This document shows, piece after piece, positions 8,531-16,907 of a stretch of 50,380 bases of DNA. Under the pieces are notes generated by a model. The model had not been told where the DNA came from and searched no databases. It saw nothing but the letters and a program-made list of their open reading frames with translations. Position 1 is the first letter of the stretch; each line of letters begins with the position of its first letter. The stretch comes from a virus (taxonomy: Duplodnaviria; Caudoviricetes): the IMG/VR virus record IMGVR_UViG_3300032360_000014, positions 1-50,380 of that record; one strand, written 5' to 3'. Made by a program: the position numbers and the translations under genes.

Positions 8531-8839
8531 ATGCTAAATCCATACGATAAAAGCAGTATTACTTATGTTGTCGATAATAGCGCGGGTAAGCTGCCATTTA
8601 ACCCCGTTTTAAATGTAGAAGGTAAACAACTAAAATTGTTAGCAGCTAGTGTTCAAAACGAGGTTCTGTATTCTCAACGACTGAGTCAGTTGTTGAAGTG
8701 CTTAATCATTGAGTCTGATATTGATGTGACTGTGCTTAACGAAGTTGGATTCTCAAAAACTGACGCTGATAGTTTGGGGCTGAGTATTAACGGCTTAGAA
8801 AATATTAATGTGCCGAGCGATTGGCAAAATTACCTTTAG
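8531..8839 (+). CDS. Hypothetical protein
   Basis: AGGA RBS, 102-aa ORF. Confidence 0.65.
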   Translation: MLNPYDKSSITYVVDNSAGKLPFNPVLNVEGKQLKLLAASVQNEVLYSQRLSQLLKCLIIESDIDVTVLNEVGFSKTDADSLGLSINGLENINVPSDWQNYL

Positions 8840-8851
8840 CGAGCACTTTTC

Positions 8852-9007
8852 ATGTTTACCAAATTAAGAAAATACTTTTTTAATATTTGCAGTAAGTGCG
8901 AATGCGAAGTTCAACACACTGTTTACGGTGTACGCTATTGCACTAAGCATTTGAACAGTGAATACCAAAGAGTGATGGATATAGAAGCAGAAAAAAGAGG
9001 TGTATAA
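8852..9007 (+). CDS. Small Cys/His-rich protein (51 aa, not in ORF track)
   Basis: MFTKLRKYFFNICSKC...YCTKH; its stop abuts the next ATG. Confidence 0.55.
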   Translation: MFTKLRKYFFNICSKCECEVQHTVYGVRYCTKHLNSEYQRVMDIEAEKRGV

Positions 9008-9268
9008 ATGAAAAGTTTGCCCATTGATGTTGAATTAGCAAACGCATTTGAATCATTACCAGAGGTGCCGAGCTTGCAAGTATTATCACTTTTAAGAGAG
9101 TCGGCTAGTGTAGTACCTGGTGATTTACCCCTTTGGGAAAAAGGCAAAGAGCTACAGCAAAAATATGGCTGTGATGTCGTGCCGCCAACAAGTGAAATTG
9201 AAAGTGCGGCGGGGTTGTGGTTTTTTATCCGGCAATCTATTTTAAGCCAAAGAGTAAGGGAGTCATAA
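9008..9268 (+). CDS. Hypothetical protein
   Basis: GAGG RBS; abuts both neighbours. Confidence 0.7.
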   Translation: MKSLPIDVELANAFESLPEVPSLQVLSLLRESASVVPGDLPLWEKGKELQQKYGCDVVPPTSEIESAAGLWFFIRQSILSQRVRES

Positions 9269-10021
9269 TTGACCACAATCGCTTATTCAGAAAAACACAA
9301 CCAGATTGCGTGTGACTCACGAACAACCGAAGGCAATGCTATTTTAAACGAACATGCACAAAAGTGGTTTGTTTTAGCGTGTGGTTCTAAAGTGTTTTGC
9401 AGCGGGGCCACGCTTGATATTGAGCAGCTTAAAAAGCGCCTGCAGCACGGAGAGCTGTTTTCAAACATTGGATTGGTAAAGTTTATTCGAGTTGGTTCTA
9501 AAGGGGTTTTTTATGGTGAAGCGAATAATGATCATATAAAAGAAGAGCCTTTGAATCATGATCACGCAATCGGTAGCGGTGCCCCTTATGCGCAGGCAGC
9601 AATGGAGCGTGGTGATATCGCCCAACAAGCAGTAGAGTGCGCTGCACGACGAGATTCAAAGACAAACAATATAATCCATGTTTTTAATACGTTGCCCAGC
9701 GATTGGCCGTACTCTGAATTACACGCCCTTGCTGATCAGTTTGATGAACTCGCAAAACAGGTCAGTGCGTTAGATAAGCGCTTAACTGTCAGCGAGCTTT
9801 CATCGCTACAAAGCCGCTTTGCAAATCTAAGTAATACAGTAAAAAATATGCGGGCTATGCTCCACTTTCCAGCTACCAACCAGCTTGCGCGCCTTTCTCT
9901 GGGTTATAGTGAGTTAGATGCATTAGAAAGCTATTTCAAAGAGAACGAAGTAAGTTATCGACTCATTAGTAACCCGCCCTCTATCCTAGATAACCTCGAC
10001 GTACAAATACAATTTCGGTAA
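9269..10021 (+). CDS. Ntn-hydrolase (proteasome beta/HslV-like) protein with C-terminal helical extension
   Basis: N-terminal (M)TTIAY nucleophile Thr, CDSRTT, AIGSGAPYA, AVECAARRD. Confidence 0.75.
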   Translation: MTTIAYSEKHNQIACDSRTTEGNAILNEHAQKWFVLACGSKVFCSGATLDIEQLKKRLQHGELFSNIGLVKFIRVGSKGVFYGEANNDHIKEEPLNHDHAIGSGAPYAQAAMERGDIAQQAVECAARRDSKTNNIIHVFNTLPSDWPYSELHALADQFDELAKQVSALDKRLTVSELSSLQSRFANLSNTVKNMRAMLHFPATNQLARLSLGYSELDALESYFKENEVSYRLISNPPSILDNLDVQIQFR

Positions 10022-10028
10022 CTGACGA

Positions 10029-10472
10029 GGTGTAGTGCAAACGGGAAACCCTTTTTAAGCTTGATGTAGAGCAATAGTTATGGGAATCAGCTTAAGTTCA
10101 CGGTGGCATTTTGGTCAATTGGGTGTAGTGCAAACGGGAGGCCCTTTTTAAGCTTGATGTAGAGCAATAGTTATGGGAATCAGCTTAAGTTCACGGTGGC
10201 ATTTTGGTCAATTGGGTGTAGTGCAAACGGGAAAGACCATTTTAAGCTTGCTGTAGAGCAATCGCTATGGGAATCAGCTTAAGTTCACGGTGGCCTTTTG
10301 GTCAATTGGGTGTAGTGCAAACGGGAAACCCTTTTTAAACTTTATGTAAAAATCATAGCTATGGGAATCAGCTTAAGTTCACGGTGGCATTTTGGTCAGT
10401 TGGGTGTAGTGCAAACGGGATGCCCCTTTTAAACTTTATGTAAAGCAATCGCTATGGGAAACACCTTAAGTT
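10029..10472. repeat. About 4.7 tandem 93-94 bp repeats, each containing one Rep iteron (copy-control/incompatibility array)
   Basis: Units start at 10029, 10122, 10215, 10309 and 10403; the four full units carry TATGGGAATCAGCTTAAGTT, the reverse complement of the origin iteron, and the fifth a variant. Confidence 0.9.
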
Positions 10473-11179
10473 TCATCTACGATTGAAAATACAAACTTTT
10501 CAACCTTTGAGCCTTGAAAAGTCGTTGAGCAAGCCACTTTAAGTGGGGTTTCTTTGTTGATCCGATTAATAGCCGGTTCAATAAAGCTGCGCTTCATTTC
10601 TGCTGCATTTTCTTTTTGTGAGTCTGGTAATTGGTAGCGTTCAGCAAGCCACTGTGGTGTTACAGTCCAAATGCCGGTATTGCGCCATTGGCACAAGTTT
10701 TCGTATAACCTAATCGTTCTGCTATTCTTTATGGTCCCGCATTCGTGCAAATAAAATTTTGTGAATTGTTGTGTCAAACCAACAATGTAAGGCAATAAAC
10801 GGGGGTTAAAATCAACGCGGTACGACCCTCTCCCTACTCGTGTTGATTGTTCTATTAACCAGGGGCGTACGGTTTCTTCAAACTCGCCTTCCTTGGGGTA
10901 AAACTTTACTGTGCTTTTAAGGATTTCTTCTAAACCCTTTTTAACGTCTGTCGAAGCTGTTTGCACACTAACAGAAAATAAATTTTGATAATCTGATACA
11001 TGCACATCAAATTGACCATTTGAAATGTCTATGTGTTCGTCTGTCACGGTATCTTTTATTTGCGAAAAACACATCCAAAGTACACGTTTAGCTTTTAAAG
11101 AGAGGTAATAAGCCGCTTCGCTGATCTCGTTCGATTGAGTAACTAGGTTCTTTTTATTCTTCTTAGCAAGTTTGGTCAT
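10466..11179 (-). CDS. repB: Rep_3/RepB family plasmid replication initiator
   Basis: LVTQSNEISEAAYYLSL, FNPRLLPYI, FTKF, TIRLYENLCQW, FIEPAINRIN; start placed at MTKLAKK (track start 11212 lies in the operator). Confidence 0.92.
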   Translation of the reverse strand: MTKLAKKNKKNLVTQSNEISEAAYYLSLKAKRVLWMCFSQIKDTVTDEHIDISNGQFDVHVSDYQNLFSVSVQTASTDVKKGLEEILKSTVKFYPKEGEFEETVRPWLIEQSTRVGRGSYRVDFNPRLLPYIVGLTQQFTKFYLHECGTIKNSRTIRLYENLCQWRNTGIWTVTPQWLAERYQLPDSQKENAAEMKRSFIEPAINRINKETPLKVACSTTFQGSKVEKFVFSIVDET

Positions 11180-11187
11180 GGGCGAAC

Positions 11188-11213
11188 TATGGGAGTATTT
11201 AATTATACCCATA
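11188..11213. promoter_or_regulatory. Inverted half-iteron operator (Rep autorepression)
   Basis: TATGGG-N14-CCCATA just upstream of the rep start, built from the iteron core. Confidence 0.6.
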
Positions 11214-11245
11214 ATAGCATGACAACCCTGTTAATAAAGCAATTT

Positions 11246-11461
11246 AACTTAAGCTGATTCCCATAGTAACTTAAGCTGATCCCCATACTTACTTAAGCAA
11301 ATTCCCATAGGAAGTTAATGTGATCCCCATAGTAACTTAAGGTAATTCCCATGTGCTTGCTCTACAGCCCTTTATATATAAGGCTTTGCGTGAGTCTAAA
11401 AAGGTTTAAAAGGTATAAAAGATATAAAAGTTTTAAAAATACTTTGTGGATATGTGGATAA
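11246..11461. other. Iteron origin of replication (5 iterons, AT-rich repeats, DnaA boxes)
   Basis: AACTTAAGCTGATTCCCATAG-like iterons at 11246, 11268, 11290, 11312 and 11334 (22 bp period); AAAAGGTAT-like 9-mers at about 11399-11443; TGTGGATAT/TGTGGATAA at 11445-11461. Confidence 0.92.
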
Positions 11462-11501
11462 AGCACATACATGATGCGCTTTAGATTGTGTATTAACTAA
11501 C

Positions 11502-11672
11502 TTAAACGAAACACAAAATCATTGGCGCTATAGAGCGTGCAACATTAGCAAAAGAGTTAACCAAATTTGCTCGTGAATTGTTAAGCTCAGCTAGAGCTTT
11601 CACTTTTTCAACTTCTAGCTCATGTTTATCTACTATCGTCCTGCGCTTTTCCGAGCCTGTGTTATAGTCCAT
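11502..11672 (-). CDS. Small hypothetical protein (56 aa, not in ORF track)
   Basis: AGGAG RBS; MDYNTGSEKRRTIVDKHELEVEK...APMILCFV. Confidence 0.55.
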   Translation of the reverse strand: MDYNTGSEKRRTIVDKHELEVEKVKALAELNNSRANLVNSFANVARSIAPMILCFV

Positions 11673-12026
11673 ATAGAACTCCTTTTTTCATCGATTGAGG
11701 CGTTTTAATTAAAATGGTCAAGGTTGCAGCCTTGGCCATTGTCATTTTGGCGCTTGAGTGAAGCTGGGTAAAACAATTATTCTGTCAATACTAGAATAAT
11801 TCGTTTTACTTAACTAAAGGTTAGACGTGAACTTCAATATTTACTCAAAAAGTCTGGTCTGCTTTTTACTGTCCACTTAAATCTCGTTACTGCTAACGCC
11901 CATTTCAATGATATTAACGTATTTTTTAAAATTCGAACGCTGAGTAAAAAAATTAATTTTTCTGCTCTTTTCTTACCTTGGCCTGTTCAAGTTCACTTTC
12001 TATTCATGCTTATCAAGAGCTAGCGG

Positions 12027-12734
12027 CTAAAGCGGTATAGTTTTTAAAAAATATTTTACTTCTGTGATACTCATGCCCTTTTGATAAATGTCTCTATCTC
12101 GGGCTAGACAAATTAACTCGTCGCGTTTGTTTAGCCAGTTGTCGAGCGTTGTAGGCGATACATGAAGCTTGCGCGCTATCTCGCTTTTTGTCACATCTTG
12201 AGATAACCAAAATAACACCTGATTTTCGTGCTTATCTAGCTTACTGGTGATGATTGCCCCCTTCGCCCTGCCCGTTGGTAGGCTGGCTCTTTTTCTACGT
12301 TCAGCGGCCTCTTTGGCCTTTAAGCTTCGTTGTTTGCTAAAGTCTTGTGCAGCAAAGGCTTTGCCTATGGTCATAAAAAAAGTGGCTAAATCGTTTTTGT
12401 GATCGGGGGTAAGAACGTCAGCGTTTAAACAAAAGTGTAATTCAGCGCCGTTATTTATCACCCTTGTGATAATTTCTAGAATGTCACTGACAGAATCACG
12501 GCCCAGTCGCTCTATATCATTTACGAGTAACCGATCACCTTTTTTAAGCAGTTCGATGATCTCTATCAGGCCCCTTTGCGCTTTGTTTGTTTTACTGCCG
12601 CTCAGTTCGTATTCAAACCATTTACTAATATATAGCCCATGTTCATCGGCATATTTATTAATGCGGTCACGCTGGCCTGTGGAGTCTTGTTTGTTGTGAT
12701 CACTAATGCGGATATAAGCGTAATTTTTAGCCAA
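12027..12734 (-). CDS. Serine recombinase (resolvase) with C-terminal HTH
   Basis: YAYIRIS catalytic Ser, SGSK..R, GDRLLV..IERLGR, TGR, KSEIARKLHVSPTTL. Confidence 0.93.
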   Translation of the reverse strand: MAKNYAYIRISDHNKQDSTGQRDRINKYADEHGLYISKWFEYELSGSKTNKAQRGLIEIIELLKKGDRLLVNDIERLGRDSVSDILEIITRVINNGAELHFCLNADVLTPDHKNDLATFFMTIGKAFAAQDFSKQRSLKAKEAAERRKRASLPTGRAKGAIITSKLDKHENQVLFWLSQDVTKSEIARKLHVSPTTLDNWLNKRDELICLARDRDIYQKGMSITEVKYFLKTIPL

Positions 12735-12749
12735 AACTCAACAATCCAG

Positions 12750-12835
12750 TCTAGAGTTTAAATGATTGGCTAGAGTGTAAAGTTATTAACTTTTTAAGCG
12801 TTAATATTTAATGTGCCTAGGGTTTACCCTAAAAT
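12750..12835. promoter_or_regulatory. Candidate res site upstream of the resolvase
   Basis: Palindromes AAAGTTA-T-TAACTTT and TAGGGT-TT-ACCCTA and two CTAGAGT repeats directly upstream of the gene. Confidence 0.4.
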
Positions 12836-12851
12836 GGATTTTTCGGGCAAT

Positions 12852-12876
12852 AAAAAGCCGCTAATCAAAGCGGCTT
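12852..12876 (-). terminator. Intrinsic terminator after the peptide gene
   Basis: Minus strand reads AAGCCGC-tttgatta-GCGGCTTTTT. Confidence 0.8.
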
Positions 12877-12888
12877 AAGTATCATAAA

Positions 12889-13011
12889 TTATGGTTTATT
12901 TTTGTAATAAGTAACCACTGCGTTTCTGGCTTGTGGCTGGCCGCCTCGATCACCAGTGCCAGCGCCACCACCTACTACTGTTTTAATCACGTCTTTCGAT
13001 AACACTATCAT
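12889..13011 (-). CDS. 40-aa double-glycine-leader peptide precursor (not in ORF track)
   Basis: MIVLSKDVIKTVVGG|GAGTGDRGGQPQARNAVVTYYKNKP; GAGG RBS 6 nt upstream; terminator immediately downstream. Confidence 0.8.
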   Translation of the reverse strand: MIVLSKDVIKTVVGGGAGTGDRGGQPQARNAVVTYYKNKP

Positions 13012-13068
13012 TTTAAGCCTCGTTTATTTTGAGTTTCTACAACTATTTTGCTTATATATGATTAAAAA

Positions 13069-13740
13069 TCAATGAGAAATCCCAGCTTTTATTCTCTTAT
13101 TTACAATGCCGTCGATACTCATTGCAGCAAGGCCAAGTATCATCAACCCAGTGGTGCACATTTTTAAATATGGGTATGCATCAAAAACAAATATGTACTT
13201 CATTAATGTTGGGTCAGCGGCAATAGGGTATATGCTCATATTGAAGTAATCTAACAATGGCACTAACTCAAGTTTTTCTATAGCTATATTGAAATACTCA
13301 GGGTGCCTGATTAAGTGTTCAATCATTAATAAAGCATTAAAGAATATACTAGCAACCAGCGCAATTCTTATCGCATATTCTTGTTTGGTCGCTTCAACAT
13401 TTTTGAGAACTTTTATGGCAAAAGTATCTTTTTTAGGCCTAAAAATATCAAATGCTCTAAAACAAATGTCTATACGAAAGTACAATAATAAAATTGTCAA
13501 CGTATCAATTGCGCAATAAGCTGCTTGTCTAATGAGGAGTTCTTCAGGTAAATGAACTCTCACTAGAAACAAATCAATTGCGTTGGCGCAGAGAAAGACA
13601 GACGCTATCCAAATCCTATTAGGGTCTTTCATGTTGCAAATAAGCGTAAGGATTAATGCTGTTAAAAAGATAAAACCCATCCATTCGGCGAGTGCATTAT
13701 CACTAGAAATGGCACTAAAAACATTGAAAATTATATCCAT
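13069..13740 (-). CDS. Multi-pass membrane protein (about 5 TM), candidate peptide receptor or immunity protein
   Basis: About five hydrophobic stretches; no kinase domain; start abuts the stop of the HTH gene. Confidence 0.8.
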   Translation of the reverse strand: MDIIFNVFSAISSDNALAEWMGFIFLTALILTLICNMKDPNRIWIASVFLCANAIDLFLVRVHLPEELLIRQAAYCAIDTLTILLLYFRIDICFRAFDIFRPKKDTFAIKVLKNVEATKQEYAIRIALVASIFFNALLMIEHLIRHPEYFNIAIEKLELVPLLDYFNMSIYPIAADPTLMKYIFVFDAYPYLKMCTTGLMILGLAAMSIDGIVNKRIKAGISH

Positions 13741-14070
13741 CTATTTGTCCTCATCTTCTGACTTCAAATCCTTGATAAACCGCTCTTTATCACTTGTTGA
13801 TAATTTATTGAATTGCTTGCGCAAATATACAATAGTTGAACCACTCATAAGAAAAGAGCTACGCTTTTTCTTTACTAACTCTTGCAGCTTTCGCCATTGT
13901 GTTACGGTTGGTTCGTTCGTGAGTTCAGGATCTTCCCAGTGCTTTATGGTATTTGGTGATTTCACACCTAGTTTTTTTTGAAGTCCTGTTTTATTTAGCC
14001 CTAGCTCAAGCCGCATACTTTTAATTAACGCAGCTGTTTCACGGGTTTCGTCGTCAGGGTATTTACCCAC
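13741..14070 (-). CDS. XRE/Cro-type HTH regulator
   Basis: IKSMRLELGLNKTGLQKKLGVKSPNTIKHWE..P; GTG start at 14070 with AGGGAGG RBS (track start 14145). Confidence 0.8.
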   Translation of the reverse strand: MGKYPDDETRETAALIKSMRLELGLNKTGLQKKLGVKSPNTIKHWEDPELTNEPTVTQWRKLQELVKKKRSSFLMSGSTIVYLRKQFNKLSTSDKERFIKDLKSEDEDK

Positions 14071-14244
14071 ATCTACCTCCCTGCATATATTTTTTGCTAA
14101 TTTTGGAACAATTATATTTGTAAAATAATTGAAAAAAAACTCCATTCATTAACATATCCGCATTTTTTTGCATCTAAGCCTTGTTATATTCCCTTCACTG
14201 TTCAGCAATCAAGAAGTTTGCTGCTATTAATAAAAGGACAAGTT

Positions 14245-14481
14245 ATGTTACCTCTCGCGCTGCTGTTATTGCTAACTTTATGCTTATGCACCTACCACAT
14301 TATCAATCGTTTCATAGAGCGCCGCTGCTTAAATCGGGCTTTTAAAAAAGCAAAGCGTGAGCTAAACAGCGCATACTCACAAGCCGAAAAAAACAGTGCA
14401 CAAGCTGAGTGTGAGGTATTACAAGTTTTGTTAACTGCGTGTGACTCAAAAAAATTAGTTAATGAACATAAGGCCAGCTAA
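14245..14481 (+). CDS. Small membrane-anchored protein
   Basis: AAGGA RBS, N-terminal hydrophobic helix; divergent from the HTH gene. Confidence 0.6.
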   Translation: MLPLALLLLLTLCLCTYHIINRFIERRCLNRAFKKAKRELNSAYSQAEKNSAQAECEVLQVLLTACDSKKLVNEHKAS

Positions 14482-14642
14482 TGAAAAATTTAACTACACA
14501 TCAGCTGGCAAAATTAAAGCAAGCACAAGCCGAAGCTCTGGAGTTGTCCGCGTCGTCGGTTGAGTTCGGCGAAAACCACGCGGCTTGTGCTGCACGTCAA
14601 ATTGCTAAGCTGATCAGTGAGGCGCTTGGCGAAGAAAGTTAA
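14481..14642 (+). CDS. Small helical protein (53 aa, not in ORF track)
   Basis: TAATG overlap with the previous stop; MKNLTTHQLAKLKQAQAEALE... Confidence 0.55.
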   Translation: MKNLTTHQLAKLKQAQAEALELSASSVEFGENHAACAARQIAKLISEALGEES

Positions 14643-14776
14643 ATATCCCTTTCCGTGTTTTCATCGGCTTAGATGCTATCCACTCTATGAGCTCATTAAT
14701 CGGTGCTGCAGGGGTTTTGTCTAGTGTGTTAGTATGTGTATGTAACATAAGTGTTCCTTAAGGTGTTTATGTTGCA

Positions 14777-14810
14777 TGTGACCGACTAGCTCTGAACCTA
14801 GTCGGTCACA
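14777..14810. repeat. Perfect 13-bp inverted repeat
   Basis: TGTGACCGACTAG-N8-CTAGTCGGTCACA. Confidence 0.85.
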
Positions 14811-14820
14811 GTTTGTTTTA

Positions 14821-14850
14821 GGTAATACGTACGTATTACCCGCGTATTAC
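14821..14850. promoter_or_regulatory. Partition centromere-like site (downstream copy)
   Basis: Perfect palindrome GGTAATACGTACGTATTACC plus a further GTATTAC. Confidence 0.7.
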
Positions 14851-14858
14851 ATCTGTAT

Positions 14859-15128
14859 TTATATTTTACCCATCATTACTTCACCAATGGCTTTAGATAA
14901 GGCTTTGTCACTACTTGTTTCTGCAAGTTTAATGCATGCCCTTATAAGCTTGGTTCTGTCTAAGTTATTAAATTCAGGTTTCCATTTTTCTACCATATTA
15001 TCGATCTTTTTTATTTCAGAAGGGTAAAGCCTGATAGGTGTTACTTTGGCTCTTTCTGACTCTTTTGCTTTCTCAACAATTGAGTGTTCTTTTGTTGGGT
15101 TATTGACTCTATTTCCTAGCCTGCTCAT
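14859..15128 (-). CDS. Ribbon-helix-helix partition adaptor (type Ib ParB/ParG-like)
   Basis: Overlaps the parA stop; flexible N-tail, beta-strand VTPIRL, then two helices (DRTKLIRACI). Confidence 0.75.
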   Translation of the reverse strand: MSRLGNRVNNPTKEHSIVEKAKESERAKVTPIRLYPSEIKKIDNMVEKWKPEFNNLDRTKLIRACIKLAETSSDKALSKAIGEVMMGKI

Positions 15129-15937
15129 TGTGCTTTACCTGTTATTGCTGGGTGGTTTATTAATTCATTAGCAAGCGCCTTGTAGTTCGCTGCTGCAATC
15201 GACCCTTTTGATTTATGCAAAACGCTAACTTTCTCAATTTCCGCATTTGCTACTTGTTGGTCTTTACTTATTTTTGTTTTCAACAGGTATTCGGACACAT
15301 GCTTCATTTCATTTTCTAAGTGCGCATTTATTATCTTATTACCCTTTCCATACTCATTTCTGAATATGCCCATGGGAGCATTTTCGCCGTCTTTTATTTC
15401 TTCAATTAAATCTAGTAAGTCGGCTATGCCATCTGCGGAGTAAGTTGAACCATCAATAGGCACTAAGATAAAGTCGGACACTAGAATTGAATTTATGGTC
15501 CCCAGCCCTACATCTGGTGGGCAATCTATTATGACGAAATCAAATGAGTTATCTAATTTTTTAAGGTGTTTGGAGAATATCTTTTCTCTGTGCACAGTTG
15601 AGATTTTCTCTTCATATACTTTTTGTAAGGTCGGGTGACTTGAAATTAAGAATAAGTTGTCAACGTTTTTATCCCCCATGATAACGGGTTGTATTAGCGC
15701 GTTTATGTTTGCGGTTCTGTCTCTGAGTAACTTTATAATTGTTTCGTCTTGGGTCAATTCGTAAGGCGGTGTTTTCCCTAATGTCTCACTAGAGTTTGCT
15801 TGTCTATCAGCATCAATCACAAGGACTTTATTCCCTTTCATTGATAACGCATGGCTTAGGTTTACAGTTGTTGATGTTTTACCACATCCACCCTTTTGAT
15901 TTACTACTGTTATTATTACAGCCTTACAATCAGTCAT
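15125..15937 (-). CDS. parA: ParA Walker-type partition ATPase
   Basis: NQKGGCGKTST deviant Walker A, VLVIDADRQ, IIDCPP. Confidence 0.95.
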   Translation of the reverse strand: MTDCKAVIITVVNQKGGCGKTSTTVNLSHALSMKGNKVLVIDADRQANSSETLGKTPPYELTQDETIIKLLRDRTANINALIQPVIMGDKNVDNLFLISSHPTLQKVYEEKISTVHREKIFSKHLKKLDNSFDFVIIDCPPDVGLGTINSILVSDFILVPIDGSTYSADGIADLLDLIEEIKDGENAPMGIFRNEYGKGNKIINAHLENEMKHVSEYLLKTKISKDQQVANAEIEKVSVLHKSKGSIAAANYKALANELINHPAITGKAQ

Positions 15938-15951
15938 TTATATAGCCTTAT

Positions 15952-16172
15952 GTATTACTTTTGTATTACCAAGGTATTACATTTATAGGTGTAATACGAG
16001 TGTATTACATTGAACTTTATATGCTGCTTACTTATAAGTCAAGTATTACGTCGGTATTACGCGCGTAATACGTTTTGGTACGCTTTTATGTGGGTTATAG
16101 GTGGGGCGTTGAGAGAGTTATATACTGTTTATTTATAGTTAAGGTATTACGTATGTATTACCAGTGTAATAC
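15952..16172. promoter_or_regulatory. Partition centromere/operator: clusters of GTATTAC heptads
   Basis: About 11 direct and inverted GTATTAC/GTAATAC heptads, mostly at 11 bp spacing, upstream of parA. Confidence 0.75.
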
Positions 16173-16253
16173 GTTTAAGTGTTCTTTTTTGACTCTGATT
16201 TTTGAGGTGATTTTCTGTTTATGTCGTCTTAAGGTATGATTTAGAGCAGGGTT

Positions 16254-16907
16254 ATGAAAGGACTACATATGAGATATTTAGGAGTGTTGGCGCTGTTGCT
16301 ATGCGCCTCTGCACAAGCTAGCTTGGCAGATAAAATAAATGCATGTGCTACGCATCAAGATAAAACACGGCGCTTGCAGTGCTTTGATCGTATTGCAATC
16401 TACGTGATGATTGATAGTGTTACACAAGAAGGTAAAAAATCTGACGCTATGCCTTCACCCAAGCCGCTGGTAAAAGCGGGGTCGTGGCAGCTAAAAGAAT
16501 CGGTGTCGGTGATGGATGACAGCAAAAGTTTGTTGCTCAGCTTAGAAAGTATGAAATCAGTTAACACCATGTTTGGGCCTGCTAAACCTGTGCTGGGTAT
16601 TATGTGCCAGGCGCGATCTGGCTTGTCTTTGTATGTGCATTTTGGGGCTTATTTAGGTATTGGTAATATCAATGTGCAAACACGGCTTGATAAGTTGCCT
16701 GCGCATGATGATGTTTGGCAAGCTGCAACAAGTGGCCAAGCGGTGTTTGTTGTGCAAAAAGTAGAACAGTTTATTTATAGCTTGGTGCGGCATGGCTCTT
16801 TACTTGTTGCAACTAGGGCGGTGGATGGTACAGAGCTTATTGCTGATTTTAATGTTGAGGGCTTGGCGCAGCAGATCAAGCCCTTAGAGGAAATGTGTAG
16901 CCGGTGA
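16254..16907 (+). CDS. Exported VasI/TagO-like protein (moron)
   Basis: Signal peptide; C-x9-RLQCFD; WQL..SVSVMDDSK; PVLGIMC; VQTRLD. Confidence 0.7.
   Translation: MKGLHMRYLGVLALLLCASAQASLADKINACATHQDKTRRLQCFDRIAIYVMIDSVTQEGKKSDAMPSPKPLVKAGSWQLKESVSVMDDSKSLLLSLESMKSVNTMFGPAKPVLGIMCQARSGLSLYVHFGAYLGIGNINVQTRLDKLPAHDDVWQAATSGQAVFVVQKVEQFIYSLVRHGSLLVATRAVDGTELIADFNVEGLAQQIKPLEEMCSR

Noticed and set aside
10029-10472. CRISPR array
   Set aside because: The segments between conserved blocks are near-identical rather than unique spacers, the repeat contains the Rep iteron, and there are no cas genes.
12027-12734. Transposon or insertion sequence
   Set aside because: No transposase or terminal inverted repeats; a lone resolvase next to an origin fits plasmid multimer resolution.
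16124-16140. Second LexA box
   Set aside because: CTGTTTATTTATAG does not fit CTGT-N8-ACAG spacing.
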